From Entomortierella parvispora E1425 (lineage: Eukaryota; Fungi; Mortierellomycota), in the NCBI GenBank assembly GCA_020891255.1, contig BQFW01000014.1:1674001-1738000 (forward strand): a stretch of DNA of 64,000 nucleotides, given 5' to 3'. The notes below the pieces were generated by a model that saw only the letters and a program-made list of their open reading frames with translations, was not told the origin of the DNA and did not search any database. The translations under genes and the position numbers were made by a program. Positions 41,001 through 54,738 of the stretch are shown here, piece by piece. Position 1 is the first letter of the stretch; every line of letters begins with the position of its first letter.

Positions 41001-43280
41001 TCTTGATGCAGTTCATGAACGTATGCAAGGAGAAGCCAGACTCTCTCCCTGCTCTTGATGTCTTAGCTGATGGTAACGACCGTGGTATGTCTTCCCCTGG
41101 AGGACCCTCTCGTAACAACTCTCGTGGTGGACCTATTCCCAACGGTCGTGGTAAGCCATCTCAGCCCATGGGATCTTTCAACCTCGGAAGCATGGGTGGT
41201 ATGTCTAGAATGGGCAGCATGCCCATGGGTGGCCGCAACCCCAGCGGTGACAGCCGCATGCACCGCTCTCCCAGCGACAACAACTTCTTGCCCCGCAACG
41301 GTCTTTCACGCCCTCCTTCGGGCCGCGGCTCCCGTGGTGGAAAGCGTGGTGGTGGACCTGGTCGTGGTGGTGATCGCTACCAGGAGACTCCTCAGTTGAC
41401 GATTCCTCTCGCCGACATTGTTCCTTTGGAGAAGACCGAGAATGCCTGGACCCCGAACATCAACGCTGCTCCCGTCGCCATCTCTACCGAAGAGCCTTTG
41501 GCCCAGGATGTGGTTGCTCGTAAGGTCAAGGGTCTCTTGAACAAGTTGACCTTGGAGAAGTTCAACAGTATCTCGGACAAGATTCTCGAAATCGCCAACT
41601 TGAGTGTCAAGGAGACGGATGGTACTACTTTGAAGCACTGCATTCAGCTTATCTTCGAGAAGGCTACCGATGAGCCCAACTTTGGAAGCGTCTACGCCCA
41701 GCTGTGCCACAAGCTTTTGGAGAAGGTCTCGAACGATATCAAGGACTCTGAGGTAGAAGGTTCGACTGGAGGCAAGCTTTTCCGCAAGTACTTGCTTCAC
41801 AGATGTCAGGAGGAGTTCATGAAGGGCTGGAAGGACAAGGCCACCGCTGGAGGCGTCTCCCTTGGTGACAAGGATGGCCCTGATCTGATGTCTGACGAAT
41901 ACTATGTCCTTATGAAGGCCAAGCGTCAGGGTCTCGGATTGATCCACTTCATTGGAGAGCTCTTCAAGTTGTCTATGCTTACTGAGAAGATCATGCACGA
42001 GTGTATCAAGAAGTTGCTGGCCAACGTCAAGGAGCCCGAGGAGGAGGAGACCGAGGGTCTCTGCAAGCTTTTGACCACTGTCGGTCTTCAGTTGGACCGA
42101 CCCCAGGCCAAGCCCCACATGGATGTTTACTTCTTGCGTATGGCAGAGTTGACTAAGACTGACAAGCTCCCCAGTCGTATTCGCTTCATGGTTCAGGATG
42201 TCATTGACTTGCGTGCCAGCAACTGGGTTAACCGCAGAGCTGCCTCTGGACCCAAGACCATTGCTGCCATTCACGAGGAGGCTGCCAAGCAGGCAGAGGA
42301 GAAGGAGATGATGCGTCGTACCGCCTCCTCCGGTGGTGGACGTGGACTCCCCAACCGTCGTGAGCAGCTTAGCCGTGGACCCTCCTTCCGTGGAGGCTCT
42401 GGTGATGCTCGTTACGATAATGGAGGTGTTGCTCAGGTTGGCGCCGATGGCTGGTCCATGGTTGGATCCACCCCTGCGCCTCCCAAGAAGGCCGGCGACT
42501 TGTCCTCATTCGGAAACACCAGCCGCTCCAAGGGTGGTATGCCCTCTTCCCTCGGACCCCAGGCTGCCGTCTTTGGCTCCCTTGCCAAGGGCAAGCGTGC
42601 CGAGGCCAAGGCTGCCACTCAGAGTGAGGCCGCTCGCCCCATCGGCTCTGCTAACCCCTTCGAGTAGGTTTTTTTGCCATTGTTTTATTCTTTAGTTTTT
42701 TGAACGTGTTTCTCAAGGGTGCTTTGAACTAATTTCTCATCTTGGTTCCTTTTTACTACTTTTCAGTGCATTGGAGGGTGAGAACGGAGATCGCCGTGGA
42801 AGCGTAGATGCCGAGAAGCCCGTTGAACGTCCTCGTCTGAAGTTGTTGCCCCGCTCAGCGCCACCAGCAGCTGAGGCCGAGGCCAGCAGCGCGACCGAGC
42901 CTGTTTCAGCAGCACCCAAGAAGACAGAAGATGAGGCCAAGCGCAGCATCGCTAACACGCTCAAGGAATACTTGTCGATTCGGGATATGAGCGAGTTGTT
43001 GATGAGTGCAAAGGAGTTGGACGCTTGCTACAGACCCTTGTTTGTCACAGAGTTTGTCAACCAGTCCATGGAGATGAAGCAGTCCGATGTGGACAGCATC
43101 GCCGAGATTTTCAAGAAGATGACTTCGGAGGGCGTGATTTCGACCGAGGAGTTCGAGACTGGATTTGCAGACCCTCTCGAGTTCTTGTCCGATACCGCCA
43201 TCGATGTCCCCAACGCATACAAGTACGCCGCTCAACTTTTGGAAGCCGCTGGCCTGGATCCAGCCAAGGCCAAGCCTTAG
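38010..43280 (+). CDS. TIF4631: Translation initiation factor eIF4G (multi-exon; MIF4G and MA3 domains)
   Basis: eIF4E-binding 'YDRDFLMQF'; MIF4G 'RKVKGLLNKLTLEKF...LIFEKATDEPNFGSVYAQLC...FIGELFK'; C-terminal MA3 'LKEYLSIRDMSE...DVPNAYKY'. Confidence 0.96.
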
Positions 43281-43583
43281 TTCATTGGAAAGAAAAAAAG
43301 CATCACCCACCCCCCTCCTCCAAAAAAAACTCTCCAGCAAAACAAACAACTCGATACCGCTTTCTCTCATCATCTTCTCTCAACGCTCTTGTACTTGCCG
43401 AAAAACTCAAACTACAAACACACAGACACTCCATCCTCAACATCACTTCTTATATACACCGCACAACCTAACTCGCATATCAAAAGTCACCCCCTCTCCT
43501 CGAAACCGCATGCACATGAATAAAATTAGTTGTTATTTTCACAAAAAAACGAAAAGATGTAATTAAGGTATGATTTTTGCATG

Positions 43584-45123
43584 TTACTCTACATGGATCT
43601 GGTGCTGGTGTGGCTGCTGGTGCTGTTGGAGCCATTGGGCTTGCATTTGCTGCTCGTGTAGCCTTCGATCTTGAATCAACCCCTCATAAAACCGAACTTT
43701 TTTAGTAACACCCGGGCAAACCATCCAGGCCGTCCTCACCTCGGTTTTCAGGATATGTCGTTCATTCAACATGACGGCCAGGCTGGGTCTTCCATTGAAC
43801 AGCCAATGACTCAGACGTTCGCCCTTGAGCAAGAAACTTAACTGGGCTGTCAATGGCACCAAATCAGGGGAGGTTGACGCAAAAGCCACGAGATGATAGG
43901 CATGCAAGACCGTCGCCGTTTTGGGGGATTGGCTCAATTCTGCGGGGGAAGGACGTTTTTGAACAAGTCGAGAGAGTCGGTCCCGGTCCATGGCCCGTCG
44001 CAAGAGCTCAATCTTGGGGACAAGAACCATACTGATGGATTTGCGTTGTCGACGGGGTCGACTTGACGGTGACAGCTGAACGTTATTAGAATTATGGAGG
44101 TCGTCCCGTGGTGAGCGCTCGTGATTCCCTGGCATCCCTGGTGGCGGTGGGATGGCTGGCATGGACGTCGATGGGGCTGTTTGTTCATACGGTAAAGCGC
44201 CTTTAGGGCCGCTGATTAATGGGTGGGAATGTTCAACGGCGCTCATGGCTGCATCTTTGTCTACAGCTTGTGGCCCATGTGTTCCCTCCCGTAAGGGTAA
44301 TGAAGAGGACTGAAGTTCTTGCAACTGCTCGTGTTGCTGTTGCTGATGATGATGGTGGTGATGATGATGATGGGTATGTTGCACTAAAGGGCGATGTGTC
44401 CTCTGCCTTTGAAGTTGATAAACCCGCCACTTCTCCTTGACTTCCGAGTCTTCTGGCTGGACAAACATTTCCTCTGGAATCAGACCTCTGTCCACCAATT
44501 CTGTCCAGTCGGGCCGACTTTTGAGCTTTCTCGAGATTCTCAGGCTGAGCATTTGTCGTTCGAGTCGACAAGAGACCTGATAAGACCGAACCGAGGAATC
44601 GCCGCCAATGTAATGTCCTTGACGGATATGTTGATGGATGTGCACGCCTCGGAGAATGTTTTGCTTCGCGAGGGTGTCTCGCGAGGGTCGGAAGGAAAGA
44701 GAGGATTGAAGTCGGGCGGGTGTCCGGATGAGCAGGATATGTCGGCGGAGAGGGCCATCCAGAGCCAGGGATCGCAGTCTCTTGCATGTTAAAGCTAGGG
44801 TCTGGAATGGAAAGGAGGTCCGCAACAGAGTTATACTATTAGGTTGTGGACTTGCTCTTTATCTTTTGTCGTTTGTTTTTCACTCCCTCTTTCTATCAAC
44901 TGAGGTTGTCGATGCGTTACCTGTAGGTCCGTATCTTCTGCATACTGTCGTTGGGAAAGAATGGGTGCCAGTTAGTGGGCTTTGCTCAGGAAGAAGATGA
45001 TACAAAAAGTCTTGGATGTTCCCAAAGGGCATGCTACGCCTAGCGCTCTGAATGAAAGGACCGCAGACTACGTACGGTCAAGAGGTGGCAGAGCACCTCA
45101 TCGGGCATGCTCAAGAGAGTCAT
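43584..45123 (-). CDS. F-box protein with RPEL repeats (about 429 aa), 3 exons (45123-45076, 44944-44921, 44801-43584)
   Basis: Spliced N-terminus 'MTLLSMPDEVLCHLLT|YAEDTDLQ|TLALTCKRLRSLALD' is an F-box; RPEL-like units 'LSFRPSRDTLAKQNIL', 'KLKSRPDWTELVDRGLI', 'LVQKRPSPAEL' and 'GRPSLAVMLNERHILK'. Confidence 0.85.
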
Positions 45124-45858
45124 TGTGCTGTAATGAGGATGACTATCAGTCATTGTTAGAGGAAGGTGTGGATTGCGAGCGGAACGACAAAGAGTGTATA
45201 AGTAGAAAACAGAACGCGACAGAAGAAGAGTTCCCTTTCTGAGAGGAAAAAAATCTTTTTTTTTTATTTTATTTTTTTTTTTTTTGGTTGTGGTGAAACG
45301 AGCCCTGTAGCCGTATAGGGGCGATCTCTGCTAGCCATCCTTATCATCATTTGCGTCATCGGTTACTCCCGCTCGAGTCGTGGTGATTCAGTCATCTTCA
45401 GTCTGCTCGGTCACCGACCACATCCATTTATGTTTACACACCTCGGTGATGATAGCCCGAGCAGTCAAAGGTTCAAACGGCGCGTTTTTTCCCCCCACGC
45501 GTGCTTCTGAGCCCAAAATCCCAAAGAAAAAAGTGTGGCTGTGCGGATGAAAGAGGTAAAACAAGAGCGAGCTAGCGAGGGATACAAAAAAAATCCGTTA
45601 CTTAGGGTGAATACGAATACATGACATTCGGATATGACCACGACCACCCGAGGGACCTCTACGTGAGGATATCGATTCTGAACCTGGCTATCCTTGTCAT
45701 CCTGGATCCTCGATTATCAAGAAGATATTTTGCCACTAGATCCGTTTTGTCAACCACCAAGTTTATTATCTCTTCAATATCCTTCTGATTGACTTCAAAC
45801 CTCAACCCCCCCTTCACTCATATAGACCTCTCCTCGCTACTACCTCTTTCCTTCAATT

Positions 45859-46839
45859 ATGATCTCGAAGACTGCTTCAGTACAACAATGTCAAGAGCAG
45901 TGCAATTTTTTCTTTGGTAGAGCAACTCATTCATTCATATACACTCCCTCTCAAGAGGTCATGTGCGTCTCTTATGTACTAAAATTAACAGGTATCCCAT
46001 CCTTTTTCCCTCTTTCAGAATTACCTTCCGAGATTCAATTGATGATCATGGGTCATTTGGACCTACATGAACTCCTCGGTGCAAAGCTGGTAAAGTAAAT
46101 TTCAGAGAGAGTATACATCGAGGCATTGCTATGTAAAGCTAACTCCTTTCTCAGGTCAGTCGGTCTTTTCAGGCTCTAGCCAACGATGATCAGCTATGGA
46201 AGCAGTTAACGCTCTTGGCCAGCATTCCAGACCATATTCTGGAAGAGGCTCGAGAAACCCAACGTGGTACCGCTGGAGGGGTGTTTGTTGGGAAGTCAAA
46301 ACATGGCAGGCAATGTCAATGGCAGCACCTTCTTAAAACATGTAAGAGTTGGCCATATTTTTTAAAGTGCAACAATTGGTTCCTTACAATGACCAAGTAA
46401 CATGAGCTTGATACCCACCCTCTTCTATGTTTACCAATTCATTTCTGGTAATGTACTCCTACCAGCTACAATGATCATCCGCGAAAATGACAAGAGAGTT
46501 GAAGGCACATTCTCTCAAATGAGAATCAAGATTGACTTAGTTCGACAAGCTCTTGAGCAACAAACACAAGACTTAGAGCAAACTCATCAAAGGTTATCAC
46601 TTCTCTCGACTCGGTTGCACCAGATGGAGGAGCAGAACCGTGTACGGGATCTTGAGCGATTGCGTGCACAAGAAAGAGAGAATCAGAGACTGGAAGACGA
46701 AAAATGGATACGAGCGTGGGACGCTTTGAGCATCTCAGAGAAAGAAGCTGCAGGCATGAGCAGTGATGCCGAACAAGTCCCGGAAATGCCAAACATCCAA
46801 GTAAATCGTGGCAATCGAACTCAGGGCCCCAGAAGATAG
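45859..46839 (+). CDS. F-box protein with a C-terminal coiled coil (multi-exon; start uncertain)
   Basis: 'LSELPSEIQLMIMGHLDLHELLGAKL|VSRSFQALANDDQLWKQL' followed by heptad-rich 'LVRQALEQQTQDLEQTHQRL'. Confidence 0.75.
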
Positions 46840-47372
46840 TAACACGTATAATACTCTCAAATACTACAAGACAGGCCCTTCTTGAACACCTACTTAGTGC
46901 GACGATCATTCATATGCAGCTCGTTCAGATGATCCTTTGGTGTGTCAATGGACTGTGACAAGCGTGGAAGCGACATGGTCAAGTTTCACAGAGAAACTGG
47001 GGAGAGACAAACAAGAGTATTTTTGAGGAAAGACAGGCAGTCGCGAAGGTGGCTGTAGTGACGCGACAGCTGCCCCTCAACTGGTGCTCTGGCCCTGGCG
47101 AAAACCGAAAAAGTGTCAGCTGGGAAGGCATCTTTGTGTCTTTTGAGAGAACCATTGGTTGGGTCTTGGTTATGAACGGTCCTGCGAGTCCAACAACCGG
47201 GTAACGACGAACCGTACGACCACACCGCAGAGACGGTAAGGGAATATGCAACGGCCCTCGGGTTTTCTGACTTCTCTCTTGTCCAAAAATCCAAATGCAT
47301 TCATCTTTCCCTACAAAAGCATCCGCTCCCTCCCCACATTCACACATATAGGTCCTTCTCAAAATACATACG

Positions 47373-48172
47373 ATGGCCCAGCTCAGCCAAGAGTATACGG
47401 ACTACAATAAGATGTTCCACACATCAAGTGGTGACCCAGGCTACAACTACAATCCACAGACAGCTTACATGCATCCACTTGCTTCCACGCAATCTGTTCA
47501 AAGCAGTGTCCGCAATAACCATAACATCAGCAATTCCAATCTCAATGGATACGGCCCTCTTGACTTTGGCTACGGCATGACCCCAACCGCGACCACCTTC
47601 TCTAACGTCGACGTAAATATGGCTCCATTCACTGCCCCCAATGCCGCAACTTCCCAACGCCACCACTACAACGGAAAGGGAAGTGCCGGTCGCCGTCGAT
47701 CTTCAATCAGTGACTTTTTCTCTAGTATTGTAGGAGGGGACAGTAGAGGACGCGAACACCATACCCGAAGCTCCATTTCAAAGCTGCTTTCACCAGGCGA
47801 ACACCGTTCCGGCGATAACTTGGGCCGCCGTCGGTCATCTGCATACCTTTCTATGGGCTTTAAGACTGATGCGGATGGCAATGAACATAAAGGGTGAGGG
47901 GGCCTTCGTTGCGTCAGTTTTGTTCTGTGCTACGCAACCGTTCTTTTTTTTGACCAATGATATCTCCAAATAGTCCCTACGCCCACGTGAGTCGGAGGCA
48001 GGCTGAACACATGGAGCGCATTCGCGAGGCAGAAAGAAACCTGCACCTCACCCATAACGTCGATGGTCTTCCTTTGCCCAATAACCAGGCTTTGGGTCTA
48101 GATCCCCGTCAGCGCAGACGTTCCAGCTTGGCACGGGCTCTGGGTTTCGACAAGCCGTTGTTGGCTCGCTAG
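47373..48172 (+). CDS. Small hypothetical protein with three RRRSS motifs, 2 exons
   Basis: ORF 47373-47897 splices to 'PYAHVSRRQAEHMERIREAE...RRRSSLARALGFDKPLLAR'. Confidence 0.6.
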
Positions 48173-48548
48173 TTCCCGACTATTTTGCATGTTCCAAAAA
48201 AAAATTAGAAAAAGTCATCTTAGTGGAGTCGTGTCCTGTGTACCTGTTCGACGTTGGTTTGCTTGCTGATGTGAGTGCCAAGATACACTGGTGTTGACAG
48301 CAATAAAGACAATGACTAAAGTCACTTCGCGAGCGCTTCTGTTGGAATCAAAGAGTTAAAGCAGACTCCGTTAGGATAAAGAAGAACATGTGCACCCGAC
48401 GTCTCGAACCGGGCCATGTCGAGTCCATTTCGGATCTCCTCTTGCAAGGATAAAGAGTTGAGCGATAATCGACGTTTAAACTGTATTCTTTCACCCGTGT
48501 CCAGATCCACACTGCAAATAGCATCTTCAAGTCTGCCTTTTTGTCAAA

Positions 48549-49782
48549 ATGTCTGAGCCAGTACCCATTATCTCAAATATGCAGCGATGGTACATCCCAG
48601 CCATTGGTGAATTCATTGGCACGGCCTTCTTCTTGTTCCTGGCCGTCGGAGGAGCCGATGCTGTCTCTCGTGGAGCCAGCGAGGGAACGTAAGATCACCC
48701 ACCATATCTCTATTCTTTCCGCGCAGAGAAACATGCAACTCGTGCTCGGGTCGATAATGGTGCGTTAACACCCATTGTCGAACTGCATGTCCTAGTGCTA
48801 TCCTGGGTGTCGCCTTTTCATTTGGAATGGCGCTGATGGTAACCGCATGGGGATTTGGACGTATCTCAGGCGCCCACTTTAATCCAGCTATCACTCTGGC
48901 GTCTCTTGTCGCGGGAACATGCACAATCCCCAAGGCCATCATGTACTTTTTCTGTCAATTGTTTGGCGCTTGTCTCGGTGTCGCTATGGCCCGTGGAACG
49001 ACACCTAGCTCTGAAAGAGTTGGCCAGATCAACTACCTGGTATCGTAAAGTTCCATCTTTTGGAAGCCATTGCAATTCATATCAACATATCTTGACCAGT
49101 TCCTCATCTCTGTCTTCTAGCACGGTGGGGAGTCGATCGCTCGCGGATTCTTTCTTGAATTTTGGGTACGAAAAATATATGAGTTTTTTATCGTATGAAC
49201 TTGGCACTGGATCAACTAACCTTTCTGGCCAATATCCCGTCAAACATAAACAAAAAAACCTCTTTCAGCTTACTTGCATGTTGTGCTTCGTGTATTTGAT
49301 GACTACGGAAGAAAGAAACAAGTCCTCATTCATGGCGCCATTGCCTATCGGATTCACTTTGTTCTCTTGCCATTTGTTTGCTGTCCGATACACAAACAGT
49401 TCAATCAATCCCGCAAGAGCCTTTGCCACTTCCCTGGTGTCCCACGATTTTACAAAGGAACACTGGATCTACTGGATCGGTACGCACACTCCAAAGGAGA
49501 GCAGTGAAAGGGGTCCCCATTCGGGTCCGTCCAGGAAAAAATACAAGAGGATGAAATCTTAACCGCCTCCCATGTCCTCTTTTAGGTCCCTTCGGTGGTG
49601 GAATCACCGCAGCTGCTTTATACATCTTCTTCTGCTACTTTGATTTCGATATCGTCACCGCGGCGAACAAGGCCCAGCATCGGGCTGAGGTCGCTGCAGG
49701 TCCAGGTGAGACGGTGACAGTCCAAGTGGTCAGTGCTCCTGCTGCTCCGACCACAGCTTATGAAGGAGACCAAAAGATATAG
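48549..49782 (+). CDS. Aquaporin (MIP family), multi-exon
   Basis: 'GEFIGTAFFLFLAVGG', NPA1 'SGAHFNPAIT', NPA2 'SINPARAF' and 'HWIYWIG|PFGG'. Confidence 0.93.
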
Positions 49783-49931
49783 CGGTAGTCACCAAAATAT
49801 GGATCCCAAAATATACACAACGCCACCAATTTGGATCAACAGTCACAAAATTGCGGGAGACAACAAAATAAAACTGATTAAACTGATCTTCGCATGCATT
49901 ACACATACACATACACACACACTCATACATC

Positions 49932-50734
49932 ATGTTCGCTGCTACAAGGACCATCGCCCGCACATTCTCTACATCGGCATGCAAGCTTAATGGTAATACC
50001 TCGATGGTCATTTACCTAACTTCTTGAGCCAGCCTGGTTCAAAGGCGAGGAGTGTTTGCCCGTCCGACCAAGAACGGAGCTGATAGGAAGATGGCAACAA
50101 ATAATCTAGGCAACCATGGCATCATCATTGTCAAGCCAGATTCCTCAATCTAGTTGCAGACACTCCTGTAGACTATGAATATAAGTGCAGAGAACGCCTG
50201 CTACCCATTGGCCAGTTTACTTACCGGTATCATCAATCTTCTCCAATTTGCAGCACCCGCCGCTACCCCAGTTGTCGCTGCCGCCACCTCAACAACCGCT
50301 TCCACCTCCCCAGCGGCAACCACCAAGGCTGTATCATCGAAATTGCCTAGAACTTACTTTGTCGAGCGCACGAAATCAGGACAATTGCCAGTCTACTCCG
50401 AGTTCAAGAACGCCGGCACCCGTCCTTTGACTATTATTCGCAAGATTCAGGGCAACGCAACGGTAAGCAGGAATGACATGCACGAGTGCAGATCGGATCG
50501 CAGACGTACAGCTTTCTGGAAGCCATACGGATGCAACATGTCTGGATGGTGGTTTACTAATGTGTATACTGTTTTATTTTGTTTTATTCTTGGATATTGT
50601 AGGCGCTCAAGACCGACATCATGGTGACATACCCAGGAGCAGAAATCCGTGTGAACGAGCGTAGCAACCAGGTCATCTTGAAGGGCTTGGTCATGGACGA
50701 TGTCCGTCAATGGCTCACTGTCAAGGGTTTCTAA
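49932..50734 (+). CDS. IMG2: Mitochondrial ribosomal protein mL49 (IMG2), 3 exons
   Basis: Presequence-like 'MFAATRTIARTFSTSACK', 'YFVERTKSGQLPVY...TIIRKIQGN' and 'VRQWLTVKGF'. Confidence 0.9.
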
Positions 50735-51044
50735 GGGACACAGGGTCGCAGAGCAGGCCATAAATGGCTCTACTCGGCGTGTATATCAGATATTACTAGT
50801 AAAAGCATAGATTTCACTCAACATATTATCTCTGCGCTTCTGTTTTGTGTGGCCTCCATTTCCTGTAAAACACCAGCGGGATCTTGGTGCTGCATGATCA
50901 TATCAAAGAGGGAGATGCAAGGACATATTTCTCGGAGGCACAGGTGGCACCATGGAAATCAAGTGTTTTTGGGTGGCTTGGAGGGGCATTAAATCAGCTG
51001 CGCCAAAATTTACATTTGTTTCCTCCTTTCCGCCGGCCTCAAAC

Positions 51045-52779
51045 ATGAAGGTGCGAAATCCAGGCCAGCCAATCAGCGTTCAACTGATTTGCTGTTGCAC
51101 ATCCGGCATCCATCGTCGACCTTTTCCCATCCAACAACAATCGATCATGGATACACACCTTCTGGAACCCATCTTGCACCGGATTTCAGCAAGGATCATC
51201 GAGGATTGTCGAGGCGAACCTATCGTCAAAAATTCCTACATCTTATTGTCAAAAGAGCCATGGCACATGGATTTAAGGGATGGATTTGATGTCAAGACTT
51301 ACATCTGCTCGACCAATGACAAAACCCAGCAGCGATGGAATATTTACTGCCAAAGACAACACATCTGCGGGACATCTGTCGTCGTCACCAAAACAACAAC
51401 ACCACAATGATCGCGCTGTCCCAACCATCAGATTGTTAAAGCGATTCATGAGACTGATGGATCTCTGCATTCTGTTTTATTCACTACTTTATAGTTGAAC
51501 ATTGCCAACCCAGCCACTGGCTGCCAGAAGACCATCGATTTCGATGATGAGCGCAAGACGTAAGTTTTTCACTCAGGCCGTCTGCATCAGGATCAGTTCA
51601 TGGACCAATGGATGAAAAAGTCAAAGGAAACAACATCTAGAATCCATGGTCAATCAGAGAGAATACCTCAGTTTGCTTTCAAGGGCAAAACTCGGTTCTT
51701 TCTCTCGATACTGAACAATGCAGGACCGACACTACCAACAGGGGGAGTTTATAAAACCTGTAGGACAAAGCACTCACCCTTCACTATTTTTTTCCATACA
51801 GCCGTATCTTTTACGACAAGCGTATCTCCGCTGAGGTCGCCGTCGACACTCTCGGCGACGAGTTCAAGGGTTACGTTTTCCGTATCACCGGAGGTAACGA
51901 CAAGCAGGGTTTCCCCATGAAGCAGGGTGTCCTCCTCCCCTCCCGTGTCCGCCTCTTGTTGTCCAAGGGTCACTCTTGCTACCGCCCCCGCCGCACCGGT
52001 GAGCGCAAGCGCAAGTCTGTCCGCGGTTGCATTGTCGGTTCCGACATGTCTGTCCTCTCCGTCACCATTGTCAAGCAGGGTGAGCAGGACCTCCCCGGTC
52101 TCACCGACACCACTGTCCCCAAGCGTCTCGGACCCAAGCGTGCCAACAACATCCGCAAGTTCTTCGTACGTAACCCGGCTTATCTGATATCAGCAGGAAC
52201 AGGAACAATATGGACTTTGTGTATCGGGATGGTCAAAGGAGATATACTGTGGATTGCATTCTTTTTGGAATGCATGTTGGACTTGAGCTACTTTGGCCTC
52301 ATCTGATGACTTTTGCAGATTGGACGACAGACAATGACAGATCCAGCAGGCTCAAAATGATCCAGGAAGAATTTCGTGCACTGCACGCAATGCCTTTCCT
52401 ACCAACACTCTTCTGCAGGATTGCCTCACTGCGCTACACCATCTGTGAACATTTGACCAACAATTTTTTTCTTTCATCTTCTATCTTACAGAACTTGACC
52501 AAGGAGGATGATGTCCGCAAGTTCGTTATCCGTCGCGAGGTCCAGCCCAAGAACGCCGAGAAGAAGCCCTACACCAAGGCCCCCAAGATCCAGCGTCTTG
52601 TCACCCCCGTCGTTCTCCAGCGCAAGCGTCACGTCTTGGCTCTCAAGAAGCGTCGTGCTGAGAACGCCAAGGAGGCTGAGGCTGAGTACAAGGCTTTGAT
52701 CGCCAAGCGTGTCAAGGAGGCCGCTGAGAAGCGCTCCGAGATCAAGAAGCGTCGTGCTTCCTCCCTCCACAAGGCTTAA
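51045..52779 (+). CDS. RPS6: 40S ribosomal protein S6 (eS6), 4 exons
   Basis: 'MK|[12 protein letters not shown]...[14 protein letters not shown]...[16 protein letters not shown]...PKRLGPKRA|...[11 protein letters not shown]...RRASS'. Confidence 0.98.
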
Positions 52780-53155
52780 GTTTATTTCCCCCTCCCAATA
52801 AACTCCATCAACTTTTTGCTGAAGGGCCCAAACTGATCCAACCAGACCACAAAAAAACTGTTTGAATGAAATCTGGATGCCTGGGACCTTCGTTCGTCGA
52901 GGCGACTGTTCCAAAACTCTTTGCGGAATTTGCTCACGTGACTTTTTCTCGAGTTCTTTTTTTCTGCGCTGTTTGTTTTTGCCACTCTTTTTCCATTCCT
53001 TGCCCTGCCATCCTTACCAAACCCATCCATCCCCTCTACTCCTGTTGCCCCTCTTACTCCTTTCCCTATCGCAATCACTATCAGAACTCTGCTAAACACC
53101 ATACTCCCCTACTTGCCTCCTCATTCCTACCTTTTGCATCACACATTCCAACAAC

Positions 53156-54467
<1,312 letters not shown>

Positions 54468-54738
54468 ATTCTTGTTCAAAGCTGTGTGGGTCATTGATTT
54501 CAAGGGCCAAGTCGATAGATAACTTGATCTGGCTCAGAACCCACTTCACTTTATTCGTCTCTTCAGAGGGAGAATGATCACCCCCCTCCAGACACTTTGT
54601 ACTTTACTCGGACCCGTTCAAGTCCATAATTCAAATAAAGAACCCCGCGATGGTTTATTGCGTGTTGTTGTAAATTCTGGGTCGACCTTGAGAGTAGAGT
54701 CCATTCTATCACTGTTGTTTCCTGCACTCTGGACTTCT

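Noticed and set aside
40109-42274. Long antisense ORFs (288, 263 and 322 aa) opposite eIF4G
   Set aside because: They are shadows of biased codon use and E/K/R-rich coding on the sense strand; no domain features.
51051-52490. Possible intronic snoRNAs in RPS6 introns (partial TGATGA/CTGA matches)
   Set aside because: No properly spaced C and D box pair with a terminal stem or a recognisable rRNA guide; an Infernal/snoscan run would be needed.
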